DNA of 54,165 nt, taken from positions 73,267 through 127,431 of IMG/VR virus record IMGVR_UViG_3300000101_000006, one strand, 5' to 3'. This document shows positions 1-10,920 of the stretch, in pieces; within the stretch, counting starts at the first letter, position 1; each line of letters starts with the position of its first letter. The stretch comes from a virus. The notes under the pieces were generated by a model, which did no database searches, had not been told where the DNA came from, and saw only the letters and a program-made list of their open reading frames with translations. A program made the position numbers and the translations under genes.

Positions 1-1
1 T

Positions 2-238
2 ACCTCTGGTGTGGAACTTGTAGGTGTTACAAATGCCGTTACAGGTAAGAAAGACAAAGACATTACATACAATTGGCCATATGATTTCTTTTCACTCGTA
101 GAACTAGTTAAGATTGACGCCGAAGTCTCGTTTGCAAATATTGAAAACGACGATAAAGGACAGAAGTCGATCAAGAAGGTAGAGTCCAAAAAAGCTCGCA
201 AGCCTTCATCAATTAACAAGGCGAGAGGAAAGGGATAA
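2..238 (+). CDS. C-terminal fragment of a probable virion structural protein (5' end outside the window)
   Basis: Frame is open from the window edge (YNWPYDFFSLVELVKID) and is followed 4 nt later by the next structural-like gene. Confidence 0.5.
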   Translation, partial: TSGVELVGVTNAVTGKKDKDITYNWPYDFFSLVELVKIDAEVSFANIENDDKGQKSIKKVESKKARKPSSINKARGKG

Positions 239-242
239 GTGA

Positions 243-1187
243 ATGACGTTTTTTAACAAGAAAGAAGATGTTCTTAAAATTGAATTAACACCATATGGAC
301 GTTCGCTTCTCTCTAACGGGAAGCTTATGCCTAAATTCTATACGTTTTTCGATGATGATATCATTTACGATCTTGAATTCGGCGGCGACACTGAGACCCA
401 AGTGAATATCAAGAATAGAATCTTGGCGGAAACACCACGGTTACGACCCCAACGAGATTTAATCTCCCCAGAGTCCCTAATTTTTACTTCTGAGAGGTCC
501 GAGGACTCCTCTAGACCTTACAGTCAAGTTGCGATGAATCACCTCACAGCACCACTTGGTACGTCCGACGGAACCTTTATTGATGCGCCAAGTTGGAATG
601 TGGCGTTCCTATTGGGAGAGATATCAAATGTCGACGCTATCATCCAACAAGATAATACGAGCACAAAGAGAATACCACAGATCAATACGACCCTAGAGTA
701 TACAATGGAGATCAATAACATTAGAAATGACTCTCCCGTTAGAGGTCAAACAGTATCTCCCAATGTCCCCGTCTCATCAGTGCAACCAGACGGAACATAT
801 ATTGACTTAATTGACGAGCAAATTATATGCAAAATTCTGGAAGAAAAAGGATTTATGCAGAAAGACGGCCTAGAAATGGAAGTGTTTCTCTACGAAGAAA
901 ACGAAGAAACTCCAAAGAAATTAAAGTTCGCACCTAGACAAAAGACCATTATCGATGGAATGCTCATGGACGATGATATTGCCTCAATTACCTTAACAGA
1001 AGATTATGTCGAATACTGGTTAAATATTGAGCTAGATTCTCAAATACCTGACTCTGAAATATGCAAAGGTGTCCAACACCTTAAGTCACAAGATATCCTT
1101 GTCGATGTTAGTGTTGTATGTCCTGACCTTGAAGGTACTGATTATGATATTTATAGAACAAACATAACAGACGTGGAGGATTGCTAA
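243..1187 (+). CDS. putative virion/baseplate structural protein
   Basis: 314 aa; N-terminal LTPYGRSLL..G..FFDDDIIYD resembles LTDHGRMLL..G..LSDEEIDY of 6132..7070 (paralog). Confidence 0.5.
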   Translation: MTFFNKKEDVLKIELTPYGRSLLSNGKLMPKFYTFFDDDIIYDLEFGGDTETQVNIKNRILAETPRLRPQRDLISPESLIFTSERSEDSSRPYSQVAMNHLTAPLGTSDGTFIDAPSWNVAFLLGEISNVDAIIQQDNTSTKRIPQINTTLEYTMEINNIRNDSPVRGQTVSPNVPVSSVQPDGTYIDLIDEQIICKILEEKGFMQKDGLEMEVFLYEENEETPKKLKFAPRQKTIIDGMLMDDDIASITLTEDYVEYWLNIELDSQIPDSEICKGVQHLKSQDILVDVSVVCPDLEGTDYDIYRTNITDVEDC

Positions 1188-4111
1188 TGTCTAATAGTCT
1201 TGTAGGTCTCGAGAACCTTCCAAATGTTTACGTCAAAAAGATTTCACTTTACAAGTTAAAAGTGGACGTAGAGATTCTGATGTTGGATGTCGAGTCCAAC
1301 GGAACTTTTGTATGGTCAGATGACGATCTAATACTTGACTACCTAAAGGTCGCGGTAATTGCTACGTCAAACCAGCAACTGATCTCTAGAATATCGGAAG
1401 GATTGATCAATCCCATGCCTACTAACATAAAGCGTTCGATGGTTGCGGGCGTTGGATCTCTAATGACTGGTACGACAATAATCGAAACCTCAGCAAAAGA
1501 AATGAAGACCACCAACCGCCCCAGAAGCCTAGAAAGGAGGTATTCAAAAAAGATATCTATTCCAAGGTCCATGAGTGCCCCTACAATGACTTTGTTTGCT
1601 TTTGCCTACATAGACGCTCAAGAGATGTCTAAAGCGCTTAGGATAAGCCTTACTGGCCCTCTGAGTAGCTATTGTGGATCAATTGTCTCTGAGAATGTAA
1701 TTGAAGACGGAGAAATTGAGACAACAACGTATATTTATAAGGAATCTAGTGGAAACGTATGGTCAGGCCCAGTGCACCAACACACTGATGGGCGATGGAT
1801 GGCTGGATCATTTCATTCATCCAAGCCACACCCAAGACTTACGAGGGAAGCTGTCCTTAACACAAAGATTGTTGACAAGAGAGAGGGTTCGTACAGTTTG
1901 CGCTCTGAAATTGATTTTAAGAAAAAAGCAACACTATCGGAACTATCGCTATCTTTCAACAACTCAGCAGACGCGATTGGTATGTTCTCAGTCGATGTTA
2001 GAAACTTGGTGCTAACAAAAACAAAGTATGGAAGAAAGATGTTCAATGTTTCCAAACAACTGTTTGAATCGTTCGCGAAAAGTGTTGAACTAAACTCGCT
2101 AGAAATTAGAAGACAACAGGTCAAGCTCAATGCGCAAACAAATCGCCTTGGGACCAGAAAGTACAATCAAAAACTTATAGGCTCATACAATATCGTCGCC
2201 GCTATTGCTGGTAGCAACAATGCTACGGCAGAATCAGACAATCTAACTCAGATGTATATTGTTTCTGACCCACTGATTAAAACTTATCAATACATTGATG
2301 AAGAAATGTCCGAAAGAACGAGGGGTGAGTATCGCTATGAAGCGATCATTACATTTGTGGATAAATCTCAAAATTTCCTAGCAAATCTTTTGTCTCAAAT
2401 GGAATCCAACATATCGGAACTTAAAGTTCAGAGAGAATTCTTGTTTAGGCCATCTAGATACAACAGAGTCGATGATAATTTAGAGCCTGTAACCATTATG
2501 CCCAGTGTATTCTCGGCATCAATCGAAAATTATTATCAGAATCTATCAATCCTCATGGATATAGATGATGAAGCAAAAAGCAAGTTGATTAAAGACAAGA
2601 AGACAGCCTTCACATCGGACAACTATACGAACAAGGAAGCGGAAAGATTCATATTTGAATATTCAAGCCTCATGGATAAATTGATAAGAAGATTTGGTAT
2701 CCAAAAGAAAACAGAAAGGCTATCCGCAGGGTCTTGGCCATCCAATGCCTACCCACCTGGATTTATAACAATTAAGCACGTATTTGAAAATACGGCCAAG
2801 TTTGACAACGTCGTCGCATCATATGACTTTCTCGGCGTACAATCAAACAAATCATTGGTATCCTTAACAAAAGATCAGTACAATAAAAGAGCAAACTTGG
2901 AAGTTAGTAGGTTCTTCGATACAAACCGATCAACAGTATCAACAGATTTAGCGGATCTTGACAAGGAAGATATGATGGCGATCAAAGACTTGTCCTCATC
3001 TAAAGTATCGTTTTTCTCCCCACTTAGTTTCAAATATGGCGCCCAAAGTAAAGATTTGACATCCTTACAAGACCTAGACTCGGACGGAATATCAACCAAC
3101 TTCATTTCTTATATGACCGAGAAACAAAGCGACCCTATTTTTTCTTCAGCAACAGTTCGAAAAGAGAAAAAGTCTGAGGCCAAGCCTTCAAAAACAAAAA
3201 AAAGAAGAGCATTGAAGAAGAGAAGATTCGGTAGATCTACATTTAACTTTAAGAGAACTCCGTTCAAAATAAACAATCTAAAACCAGAAGAGTATTTGGA
3301 GGTATCAAACTATCTCGGGAAAGACTCTGAGATGGTCAATGTTGATCCGAACTTATCCGACACAGTTCCGAATCCTCAGACTGAACAAGTCATGATTAAG
3401 TTAGCCACAACCAATGGTCTAAGCGTAAAGCGCGAGAAAGCCACTTTCGATTTACAAACCAAGAATAATGTTTTCGAAAAATTTAAGTCTTCTCCCAAGT
3501 TTGATCGAAAGAAGTTGACAATGATGCCTATTTCAATCAAAGCTCTCATCAATTCCCGCTCAACAGCTGCGAAGAACAACATCTTGGAGTCGGAATCGGA
3601 TATCCTCAAAGATTCTGAAACTAAAATCGCAACCGAGATGATTTTCCACGCAACGCAAAAAGTTCAATATTTTTCTGGATTTGAAGTAGACTCTAGTGGT
3701 CTACCAGATGTGTCTCAACCAAAATGGGAAGACATTACTCCAACCTCTCTAGAAAACAACAAGCGTTTGATTTGCAGAATGAGATACACCCAAATACCAG
3801 AACTAGACATCAAACCGGCCACAGAGTTGAAGCTAATGGCTCAAAATGAAATATTCGCAATCTCAAACGAACCACTCTCTACTGTTCCAATTTTCAACGA
3901 AAACAATGATGAAAATATAAGTTTAGAGCAAGAACTATCAGAAGTACAGGATATTGTCTATGCTTCATCCAATTATGTTAAGCAAGACAGTTCTAGGAAA
4001 GCTCAACTAATACAATCTACCACACAACCAATGGGATCTCGAGCACAACCAGTGAGATCTAATACACAATCAACTGGAGGAACAACGAATGCCCAAAGTA
4101 GTCGTTACTGA
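1187..4111 (+). CDS. large hypothetical protein, probably structural
   Basis: ~974 aa ORF; GGAGG SD before ATG 1187; TAATG coupling to the upstream gene; His-rich WSGPVHQH..WMAGSFH..PHP motif and a basic patch. Confidence 0.55.
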   Translation: MSNSLVGLENLPNVYVKKISLYKLKVDVEILMLDVESNGTFVWSDDDLILDYLKVAVIATSNQQLISRISEGLINPMPTNIKRSMVAGVGSLMTGTTIIETSAKEMKTTNRPRSLERRYSKKISIPRSMSAPTMTLFAFAYIDAQEMSKALRISLTGPLSSYCGSIVSENVIEDGEIETTTYIYKESSGNVWSGPVHQHTDGRWMAGSFHSSKPHPRLTREAVLNTKIVDKREGSYSLRSEIDFKKKATLSELSLSFNNSADAIGMFSVDVRNLVLTKTKYGRKMFNVSKQLFESFAKSVELNSLEIRRQQVKLNAQTNRLGTRKYNQKLIGSYNIVAAIAGSNNATAESDNLTQMYIVSDPLIKTYQYIDEEMSERTRGEYRYEAIITFVDKSQNFLANLLSQMESNISELKVQREFLFRPSRYNRVDDNLEPVTIMPSVFSASIENYYQNLSILMDIDDEAKSKLIKDKKTAFTSDNYTNKEAERFIFEYSSLMDKLIRRFGIQKKTERLSAGSWPSNAYPPGFITIKHVFENTAKFDNVVASYDFLGVQSNKSLVSLTKDQYNKRANLEVSRFFDTNRSTVSTDLADLDKEDMMAIKDLSSSKVSFFSPLSFKYGAQSKDLTSLQDLDSDGISTNFISYMTEKQSDPIFSSATVRKEKKSEAKPSKTKKRRALKKRRFGRSTFNFKRTPFKINNLKPEEYLEVSNYLGKDSEMVNVDPNLSDTVPNPQTEQVMIKLATTNGLSVKREKATFDLQTKNNVFEKFKSSPKFDRKKLTMMPISIKALINSRSTAAKNNILESESDILKDSETKIATEMIFHATQKVQYFSGFEVDSSGLPDVSQPKWEDITPTSLENNKRLICRMRYTQIPELDIKPATELKLMAQNEIFAISNEPLSTVPIFNENNDENISLEQELSEVQDIVYASSNYVKQDSSRKAQLIQSTTQPMGSRAQPVRSNTQSTGGTTNAQSSRY

Positions 4112-6089
4112 AAATCTAAAAGACGCTGCCTTAGTATCCTCAGGCGTAGGACACGTCGTAGCTGAAACGGGCTATGGAACACAGAGGATTGAAGCACCTG
4201 TCAGTGTGAAAAAGTATAACGTAGAATTCCTTGAAAGTGAGATCAAGCACGACGAAGGGTTTCAATATGAAGTCGCAAAGATTAAAGTTAGTCCCATAAT
4301 AACAATGTCCAACTTCTTTTCCAGCGTCAGAGCCGACTTCTCAAGTGGCCAAAAATCGAATCACTATTTTAAAATGCCCGAAATGGTAGATCTTGGAGAA
4401 ACACATACTGAAAATTATTCGACTTCTAAGTCTCAAGGGTCTTATTCATTTGAAACAATATTCAATTACATATCAGAGGAGTATGACAAACTACAAGTCG
4501 GAATATCAGAATATAATCTCTATGCCCCATTTGATAAGGCATCAAAGCAAGACTTCTTGAACATCCGAGACCGCAACACTGAGATAATAAACTTCTCGCG
4601 TGGAAACCAAATGAGGAACCTCGTAGTACCAACTATGAAAGTCGATCAAGGATCAGATGAAACGCCTTATTATAATTATTTAAGAATTAATCAACGTTTA
4701 GATAATGGTATATCTCATTTCGCAATTAAACTCGGGATTTTTGATGAGCTGTTGCAAGACTATTTATTTGGTCGACGGACGAGTATATCTTTTGATATCC
4801 AAACAGGCCGAGAAGTCTCGCAAGATTCTTCCATGTCCATCTATAACTTAGAGTCTTTTTTAACATCAGACACAGACTTGGACTTGGACAACTTTTTTAC
4901 TCTCAATAGATCAATCCAGCCTTCTAGAATGTCTTTAGATTTGCGCAAGCACCTCATGAAGGGATTTCTCAAGGAGACCTCCAAGACAGGATTTAGGACT
5001 TATGAAGATATTCACAACAATATTGAGTCACACAAGGAAGTATTTTGTTATTCTGTAGATAAGTATGCAGCCACAGTTCAAGATAGTACAAAGATTCAAA
5101 CGCTTTATGCACCAGCTCTTAGGGAGTCGACACCAGTTATCGACACTCAAGTCAAGTACGGAAAACACTATGCATACAAGGTGACTGGTCACTATATGAT
5201 CGTAGGGAATAATTACGAGTACAGACAGATGATGTCCTCAAGTGACCCCGAGGACACATACTCGATCATTGAGGTGACGAATAGACCAAGCGTTGTTATT
5301 ATTCCATTCCACATTTTCTCCAAACAAATCAATATTGTACAAATGCCTCCGGTATATCCACAGGTATCATTCAAAACAGAGAATGATTCAAGCAAATCTA
5401 TATCGATGTATCTTTCTCCGACAAAAACCGAAGTGATTGCTCCATTTATAAAGGTTACTCCTGATGACGATATACAATTGCGAGAATTAGAACGATTACC
5501 AAACATCCGAGAACCTGACGGGAAATTTAGATTTAAGACATATGGCGACCAAGGATTGTTCGAAGTTTTTAGGTTGGACTCTCCACCATCGTCGTTTTCT
5601 GACTTTAAGAATGCGAAGATTGGAGAAGTAAGTATGCCTTTCAAAACTATGAGTGGTATCTTCAAAGATGTCGTTATTCCAAATAAAAAATATTATTATT
5701 TGTTCAGATCTATCAATCAAAAAGGACTGGTCTCAAATCCAACATCCATCTATGAAGCGACACTGTTGATAGATGCAGACGACTCTCAAGTCATAACAGA
5801 TGTATATCATTTCCCAAAACCTAGAGATATGGAATCAGCTCTTGGATTTAGAAAACTACTTAGAGTAACCCCTGCGGTGGAGCACATCTTGTTTGACGCT
5901 GCTCAAGACGCATTATTCGGAAAGAGAACTCTTGTTGGTACATTGGACGATTTAAAACTTGGAATTAGAGACAAGGCAGTGTGGGGTCGTAAATTCAAAA
6001 TTCGAATCAAATCGAAAACTTCGGGAAAAATGATAGACATTATTTTGAACGTTGATTTAACAAAAAACAAAACAGAGGAAGAATTCTAA
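4089..6089 (+). CDS. hypothetical protein, probably structural (beta-rich, FN3-like motifs)
   Basis: 666 aa; GGAGG SD; DTQVKYGKHYAYKV and FKDVVIPNKKYYYLFRSIN resemble FN3-type D..V..G..Y.Y motifs. Confidence 0.5.
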   Translation: MPKVVVTENLKDAALVSSGVGHVVAETGYGTQRIEAPVSVKKYNVEFLESEIKHDEGFQYEVAKIKVSPIITMSNFFSSVRADFSSGQKSNHYFKMPEMVDLGETHTENYSTSKSQGSYSFETIFNYISEEYDKLQVGISEYNLYAPFDKASKQDFLNIRDRNTEIINFSRGNQMRNLVVPTMKVDQGSDETPYYNYLRINQRLDNGISHFAIKLGIFDELLQDYLFGRRTSISFDIQTGREVSQDSSMSIYNLESFLTSDTDLDLDNFFTLNRSIQPSRMSLDLRKHLMKGFLKETSKTGFRTYEDIHNNIESHKEVFCYSVDKYAATVQDSTKIQTLYAPALRESTPVIDTQVKYGKHYAYKVTGHYMIVGNNYEYRQMMSSSDPEDTYSIIEVTNRPSVVIIPFHIFSKQINIVQMPPVYPQVSFKTENDSSKSISMYLSPTKTEVIAPFIKVTPDDDIQLRELERLPNIREPDGKFRFKTYGDQGLFEVFRLDSPPSSFSDFKNAKIGEVSMPFKTMSGIFKDVVIPNKKYYYLFRSINQKGLVSNPTSIYEATLLIDADDSQVITDVYHFPKPRDMESALGFRKLLRVTPAVEHILFDAAQDALFGKRTLVGTLDDLKLGIRDKAVWGRKFKIRIKSKTSGKMIDIILNVDLTKNKTEEEF

Positions 6090-6096
6090 TAAATAA

Positions 6097-6104
6097 GCTA
6101 TTTA
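6097..6104 (+). promoter_or_regulatory. putative late promoter (GCTATTTA)
   Basis: Intergenic copy of the recurring CTANTTA motif, ~27 nt before the ATG at 6132. Confidence 0.55.
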
Positions 6105-6131
6105 GGGTTTAGAATCGTAGGAGAAAATTTA

Positions 6132-7070
6132 ATGGGCTTTTTGGACAACAGTGGAGACATCATACTTGATGTAGTTTTGACGGACCACGGTCGAATGTTA
6201 TTGGCGAAGGGAGACGGCTCCTTTCAAATCACTAAGTTTGCACTTAGTGACGAAGAGATCGACTATTCCTTATATGACAAGAACCACCCAAGTGGATCTG
6301 CATACTATGACTTAGAAATTCTTCAAGCTCCCATTTTGGAAGCTTTTACAAACAACGGGTCAACTATGAAGACTCGCCTTCAAACTTATACAAATATGGA
6401 ATTATTATTCCTTCCTGTGTTGAGATTGAATGAAAGAGTAAGCATCAACAAGCGAGCCTCAAACGGTGCATTTATGATACCAACCAATGCAGAAACGGAA
6501 GATAATTCTGGCTCAAGCACAGCATTAACTGGTATTGGACGAAACACCGATGGCTCAATCCGTGAAGGATTCTTGTTTGGCGAATCTCTGGTCGGCACAA
6601 TTATCAAAGTCGATGAAGGGTTGGATACAACTGAAATCTCTCCGATGCGTCGTCTTGATGACGAACTGAAAGAAACCAGTTACACAATCCAAATGGACAA
6701 TAGACTTTGTAAGCTTGTAGACTCACAAGGCACACTTGCTTCATTTGACTATTTAGACGACGACAACATCGCATATTATACTGTTGATTTAGGTGATACT
6801 TTCATAACAGACATTACCAACAACACAGTGAGCGCCTCTGAAGTAATTCAAGGTCCACGCGGAACTCGATTAGAATTCAGATTACAATCTTCAATGGATT
6901 TAAATACAAGTTCATATTTGTTTGAACAGTTGGGCGGCGAAGTATCGATGCCTACGCAGGTATCAGCAGTCAACGCTGATACTCTCTTTATTGATTCTAA
7001 CATCAGAGTTGTCGGAGTTAAAACGGGAGTCATGATGGACATCCCAGTAAGATTTTTAAGATTGAAATAA
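6132..7070 (+). CDS. putative virion/baseplate structural protein
   Basis: 312 aa; AGGAG SD; late motif upstream; MGFLDNSGDIILDVVLTDHGR..ITKFALSDEEIDY start resembles structural proteins of large myoviruses. Confidence 0.55.
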   Translation: MGFLDNSGDIILDVVLTDHGRMLLAKGDGSFQITKFALSDEEIDYSLYDKNHPSGSAYYDLEILQAPILEAFTNNGSTMKTRLQTYTNMELLFLPVLRLNERVSINKRASNGAFMIPTNAETEDNSGSSTALTGIGRNTDGSIREGFLFGESLVGTIIKVDEGLDTTEISPMRRLDDELKETSYTIQMDNRLCKLVDSQGTLASFDYLDDDNIAYYTVDLGDTFITDITNNTVSASEVIQGPRGTRLEFRLQSSMDLNTSSYLFEQLGGEVSMPTQVSAVNADTLFIDSNIRVVGVKTGVMMDIPVRFLRLK

Positions 7071-7083
7071 TAAGGGAAAACAA

Positions 7084-8172
7084 ATGACTTTCAAACCATT
7101 AAACGAAAATGATACAGTAAACACTAGAACGCTTCTTCATGAAGCAATCCCTTTAACCGGTGCGATTGTTAGTGGCACATACGGCACAAACAACATCAAA
7201 ACATACTCACATGGAATGTTTGAGTCTGTCTATGATTATCCATATCTTAGCTCCTCAGCGAATCACATTTTTGATCTTACAGCTGGATTGCACCCTGATG
7301 GACCCTTAGCTTCCACTGATACGCAATTTACAAAGAAGCGCAACATTTATAATCAAATGTCTCAAGTTCTAATGGGTTATGATGCAACCGGATCCATTCA
7401 AAAGTTTGACGAAGACGGCGATCTCTTAGCAGGTGGGGCAAAGATGCAAGAAGTAATCGTTATGCCTTTCTCGAGATTACTAACGAAAGATGAGATCAAG
7501 AAAGAGAGTTTCGAATTGACTCTTGGAATCAACAATGGTTATGGCTCAGCAATGAATACTTTAATTACAATTTCTGATGTTAGCGCCTCAAATGAATACA
7601 GAGTAAATTCACCTGTCGGTGATTATGGTATCCTATACGCTACAGCTTCAGCTGGTACTGATCTCTTAAACTTAGCAGCATCGAATACGCATACAGCATC
7701 AATCGGCGGCGTTAAGTATTGGAATGCTGGATTGATTTTTTACCAAGCCGGAATTGTGGTCTTGACTGGCTCTATCTTTGGAACTCAACTAAAATCAACA
7801 TTCACTCCAGCAATGGATAGCGCAGGTATTTTGATTGACGAACTAATGACTGGTTCAACGATTGACCAGATATCGGATGCATTTCGACACAGAGTGTACA
7901 ATATGCAATTCAACAACACAACCGAACTAAACTCAACTGTTTACTTTTGTCGCATCAATCACAATGAGTTCAACTACTCTTCGAACCCAACTTACTTGAG
8001 CGGCTCGAGAATTCAAGTTAAAAACCAAGCAACTGACGAACCGGTTGCATATATCACCACAGTTGGTCTCTACAACGACAACAATGAATTGCTAGCAACC
8101 GCTAAACTTTCAGAACCATTGAAGAAATCATCAAGCAACGAATTTACAATCCGCACACGATTGGACTACTAA
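7084..8172 (+). CDS. putative baseplate/tail-fibre attachment protein
   Basis: C-terminal FNYSSNPTY..YITTVGLYNDNNELLATAKLSEPLKK resembles tail-collar/baseplate-attachment domains; paralog of the next gene. Confidence 0.55.
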   Translation: MTFKPLNENDTVNTRTLLHEAIPLTGAIVSGTYGTNNIKTYSHGMFESVYDYPYLSSSANHIFDLTAGLHPDGPLASTDTQFTKKRNIYNQMSQVLMGYDATGSIQKFDEDGDLLAGGAKMQEVIVMPFSRLLTKDEIKKESFELTLGINNGYGSAMNTLITISDVSASNEYRVNSPVGDYGILYATASAGTDLLNLAASNTHTASIGGVKYWNAGLIFYQAGIVVLTGSIFGTQLKSTFTPAMDSAGILIDELMTGSTIDQISDAFRHRVYNMQFNNTTELNSTVYFCRINHNEFNYSSNPTYLSGSRIQVKNQATDEPVAYITTVGLYNDNNELLATAKLSEPLKKSSSNEFTIRTRLDY

Positions 8173-8185
8173 TCGGAGGGCTTCT

Positions 8186-9358
8186 ATGTCTTATTATGAA
8201 TTGAAGGACAATGATGTCTTCATTAACACCATAGAGGCGTATCCTAACTATAAGTTCTATATTCAAAGCGGGTCCATTTATATAAACGACCAACAAGCTG
8301 TTTCCGGAACTTATTCGGATAATATCCTTGGAGTACCAGAAGGTTTCATATCCCTGTTTGAATACAACGTCAACCGCGATGTAGGCGAGAGAATATATCC
8401 ATTTGTGACAAAGAGTGGTCAAAAGCAAAAATTTAAAACAATCTCAGATACAGACTTTAATACTCAGTTTGGATACGATGGTTCAATAATATCTTCAAGC
8501 TACAACATGTCTTCGTCAATCTCAAAGATTACGATAGACTCAGTCACGGACACGGACTATAAATACTTGAGATCTCTCAAGTCTAGCTTTAATCATTATT
8601 CATTTTGGTCTCAACGTTTCAATTTCAGCAATTTTGAAACTCCAACCGTAAGCAACCCAGTTGTTCTTTTGAACGTTCCATCGATCTTTTATGGAAACTC
8701 TCTAAAGAAAGGCGAAGTTACTCTTAATGCATACATTTCCGGAACTCTAGTCGGGACACTTAATGATTCACGACAAAACGGTGAACTAGTTCAAACATTT
8801 GGACCAACAACCGGTAGTGTAGAAGGTGTAGTTATGTATGACGAGGGGATTATAGTTCTGACCGGCTCCACTCCACTAGGTACATATTCTTTTGTGCCTG
8901 GATCACCAGCGGAATCTGCCGGCTTTCCGATACAGCCCAGTTGGATAAGTTTTGCCTACGGTATTGAATCCGGAGACACAATGATTGAAGAGGATGTCTC
9001 TGGTTCATTCTCTCTAGAGTTTGACACAGTATCTCAATTGCAAAACATGACGATCTTAGCAAAGGCTCCATATGGAGAGCTTAATCACTCCAACAACCCG
9101 ACCTATCTGAAGTACACGGGTCAAGAGCCAACCTACTCCACAAGTTCATATCAATTTATCGAGACCAATCGAGAGATCAAAAATGTTGTCCCAGCAGCAC
9201 AGACCGACATTGAGCCTCCGTTTCAAAAAGAAACTTACATTTCCAAGATCTGTATCTACGACAAGGACAAGAGACTCATTGGTATTTGCAAGCTAGCCAC
9301 TCCAATCAGAAAGACCGAAGTCAACGAATATCTATTTAAGATGAAATTAGACTTGTAA
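8186..9358 (+). CDS. putative baseplate/tail-fibre attachment protein (paralog of 7084..8172)
   Basis: C-terminal NHSNNPTY..YISKICIYDKDKRLIGICKLATPIRK..FKMKLDL aligns with the previous gene. Confidence 0.55.
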   Translation: MSYYELKDNDVFINTIEAYPNYKFYIQSGSIYINDQQAVSGTYSDNILGVPEGFISLFEYNVNRDVGERIYPFVTKSGQKQKFKTISDTDFNTQFGYDGSIISSSYNMSSSISKITIDSVTDTDYKYLRSLKSSFNHYSFWSQRFNFSNFETPTVSNPVVLLNVPSIFYGNSLKKGEVTLNAYISGTLVGTLNDSRQNGELVQTFGPTTGSVEGVVMYDEGIIVLTGSTPLGTYSFVPGSPAESAGFPIQPSWISFAYGIESGDTMIEEDVSGSFSLEFDTVSQLQNMTILAKAPYGELNHSNNPTYLKYTGQEPTYSTSSYQFIETNREIKNVVPAAQTDIEPPFQKETYISKICIYDKDKRLIGICKLATPIRKTEVNEYLFKMKLDL

Positions 9359-9381
9359 AACCCTCGCGTATGTGCTATAAT
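9353..9381 (+). promoter_or_regulatory. sigma70-type promoter
   Basis: TTGTAA-17 nt-TATAAT with extended TG, before the resolvase gene. Confidence 0.7.
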
Positions 9382-9398
9382 ATATAAAAGGAGTATTC

Positions 9399-9917
9399 AT
9401 GATTTTAGGCTTAGACGTATCAACCTCAAGAACCGGTTGGGCAATTATTACAGACGAAGGAGGATATGTAGACTCAGACTTCTTCAAGATGAAACCGAAG
9501 ACCCCATTGGAAGAACGAGCAACTTTATTAGAAGAACAAGTTCTCGAACCACTCTTCGCAAAGTACATAATCAATGAAGTCAGAATTGAAGAGCCATTCT
9601 CGATGTTCTCAGGTGGAAAGACCACAGCAAAGACTATGAGCTCCTTACAGCGGTTTAACGGCATGGTAAGCCTCTTGGCCTATCAACACCTAGGCAAGCC
9701 ACCAACGATGGTTGGAGCCACAACAGCACGCTCTAGATGCGGCATTAAGGTCCCAAGAGGAACAAAGGCAAAGGTTGTTGTCCTTCAATGGGTTAATGAT
9801 AATATCGAAGACTTTATCATGGAATACACACGACATGGAAACCCAAAGCCGGGACTTGATGATGAAGCAGATGCAATTATTGTTGCGATGTCTCATTTTG
9901 ATGTTCGAGAAAAATAA
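9399..9917 (+). CDS. RuvC-like Holliday junction resolvase
   Basis: ILGLDVSTSRTGWAI, VRIEE and DDEADAIIVA carry the RNase H-fold acidic catalytic residues of RuvC. Confidence 0.85.
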   Translation: MILGLDVSTSRTGWAIITDEGGYVDSDFFKMKPKTPLEERATLLEEQVLEPLFAKYIINEVRIEEPFSMFSGGKTTAKTMSSLQRFNGMVSLLAYQHLGKPPTMVGATTARSRCGIKVPRGTKAKVVVLQWVNDNIEDFIMEYTRHGNPKPGLDDEADAIIVAMSHFDVREK

Positions 9918-9927
9918 AACTTTTAAC

Positions 9928-9956
9928 TTGACAAGAATCTCCAAACGTGTTACATT
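9928..9956 (+). promoter_or_regulatory. sigma70-type promoter
   Basis: TTGACA-17 nt-TACATT with extended TG. Confidence 0.75.
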
Positions 9957-9976
9957 ATAAATAACACGGAGGACAT

Positions 9977-10492
9977 ATGCAATACACAATTTTAATTCCT
10001 GGCGGTTTCAAACCACCTCATAAAGGTCACTACGACTACATCAAGTTCTATCTCGATAACCCACAGGTCGATAAGGTCATCTTATTCTGTGGAGACAAGT
10101 CAAGAGACGGCGTGACGTTAGAACAGACAGAAGCCGCTCTAAGCCTCTATGGTTTGATGGACCACCCCAAGTTAGACTATCGTCGTGCGAAGACTAGAGA
10201 GGGCAAGAAGAAGACCTACACGAACCCTTTGGCTGACTGCTTTGACTGGGGTGATGAGAACGAAGATGTTAAGTTCGGCCTTGCCTGCTCTGGTAAAGAT
10301 TGTAACTATCAGGCATCGTTCGGCGATTACTTTTACGGAAATGAGAATTACGTAACTGCTCCAATGTTTCAAATGGCTGACGACTTATCCGCAACAGACT
10401 TCCGAGAAGCGTTGAGAAACAATGGTCCAATCGCAAAGTTTTTGCCCGATGGAGTAAGTGAAGAAGCCGTTAGGTTACTATTTAAAGCATAG
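9977..10492 (+). CDS. HIGH-motif nucleotidyltransferase (cytidyltransferase-like)
   Basis: PGGFKPPHKGH (HxGH) and LSATDFR (SxT motif). Confidence 0.8.
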   Translation: MQYTILIPGGFKPPHKGHYDYIKFYLDNPQVDKVILFCGDKSRDGVTLEQTEAALSLYGLMDHPKLDYRRAKTREGKKKTYTNPLADCFDWGDENEDVKFGLACSGKDCNYQASFGDYFYGNENYVTAPMFQMADDLSATDFREALRNNGPIAKFLPDGVSEEAVRLLFKA

Positions 10493-10515
10493 CAAATCAC
10501 TAACGGAGAACCCAA

Positions 10516-10860
10516 ATGAAACTTACAAAAGAAACTTTAAAAAGAATTATTAAAGAAGAATTGGAAGCAACTTTGAATGAAGTGGGAGAAAACCTTGATC
10601 CACGCGTCAAGAAAATAGAAGCAGCCACCGGCGGCATTTTTGAGGCAGGCAAGGGCTCAGCCCACGTCCAAAGCGTAATGAATGCGAAGGGCTTAGGCAC
10701 ATTTCTGGCTGAGTTTGACGACGGCGAAGACACGTTCGTTTATTTGTTTGACGCCGGCAACGGAATGGTAAAGTTTGAACAAGACGGAAAAGCAACAAAA
10801 GAAATGACACCAGAACAAGCGGGTCAATATCTTAAGACACAATCGTCTCATCATTTTTAA
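10516..10860 (+). CDS. small protein with MKLTKE leader (putative internal head protein)
   Basis: MKLTKETLKRIIKEE start; ACTATTTA at 10477-10484; GGAG SD. Confidence 0.6.
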   Translation: MKLTKETLKRIIKEELEATLNEVGENLDPRVKKIEAATGGIFEAGKGSAHVQSVMNAKGLGTFLAEFDDGEDTFVYLFDAGNGMVKFEQDGKATKEMTPEQAGQYLKTQSSHHF

Positions 10861-10874
10861 TCTAAACTTTTTAC

Positions 10875-10903
10875 TTGACAAACCTTTAATAACGAGTTAT
10901 CTT
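10875..10903 (+). promoter_or_regulatory. sigma70-type promoter
   Basis: TTGACA-17 nt-TATCTT before the primase gene. Confidence 0.7.
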
Positions 10904-10920
10904 ATTAAAGGAGGACAACT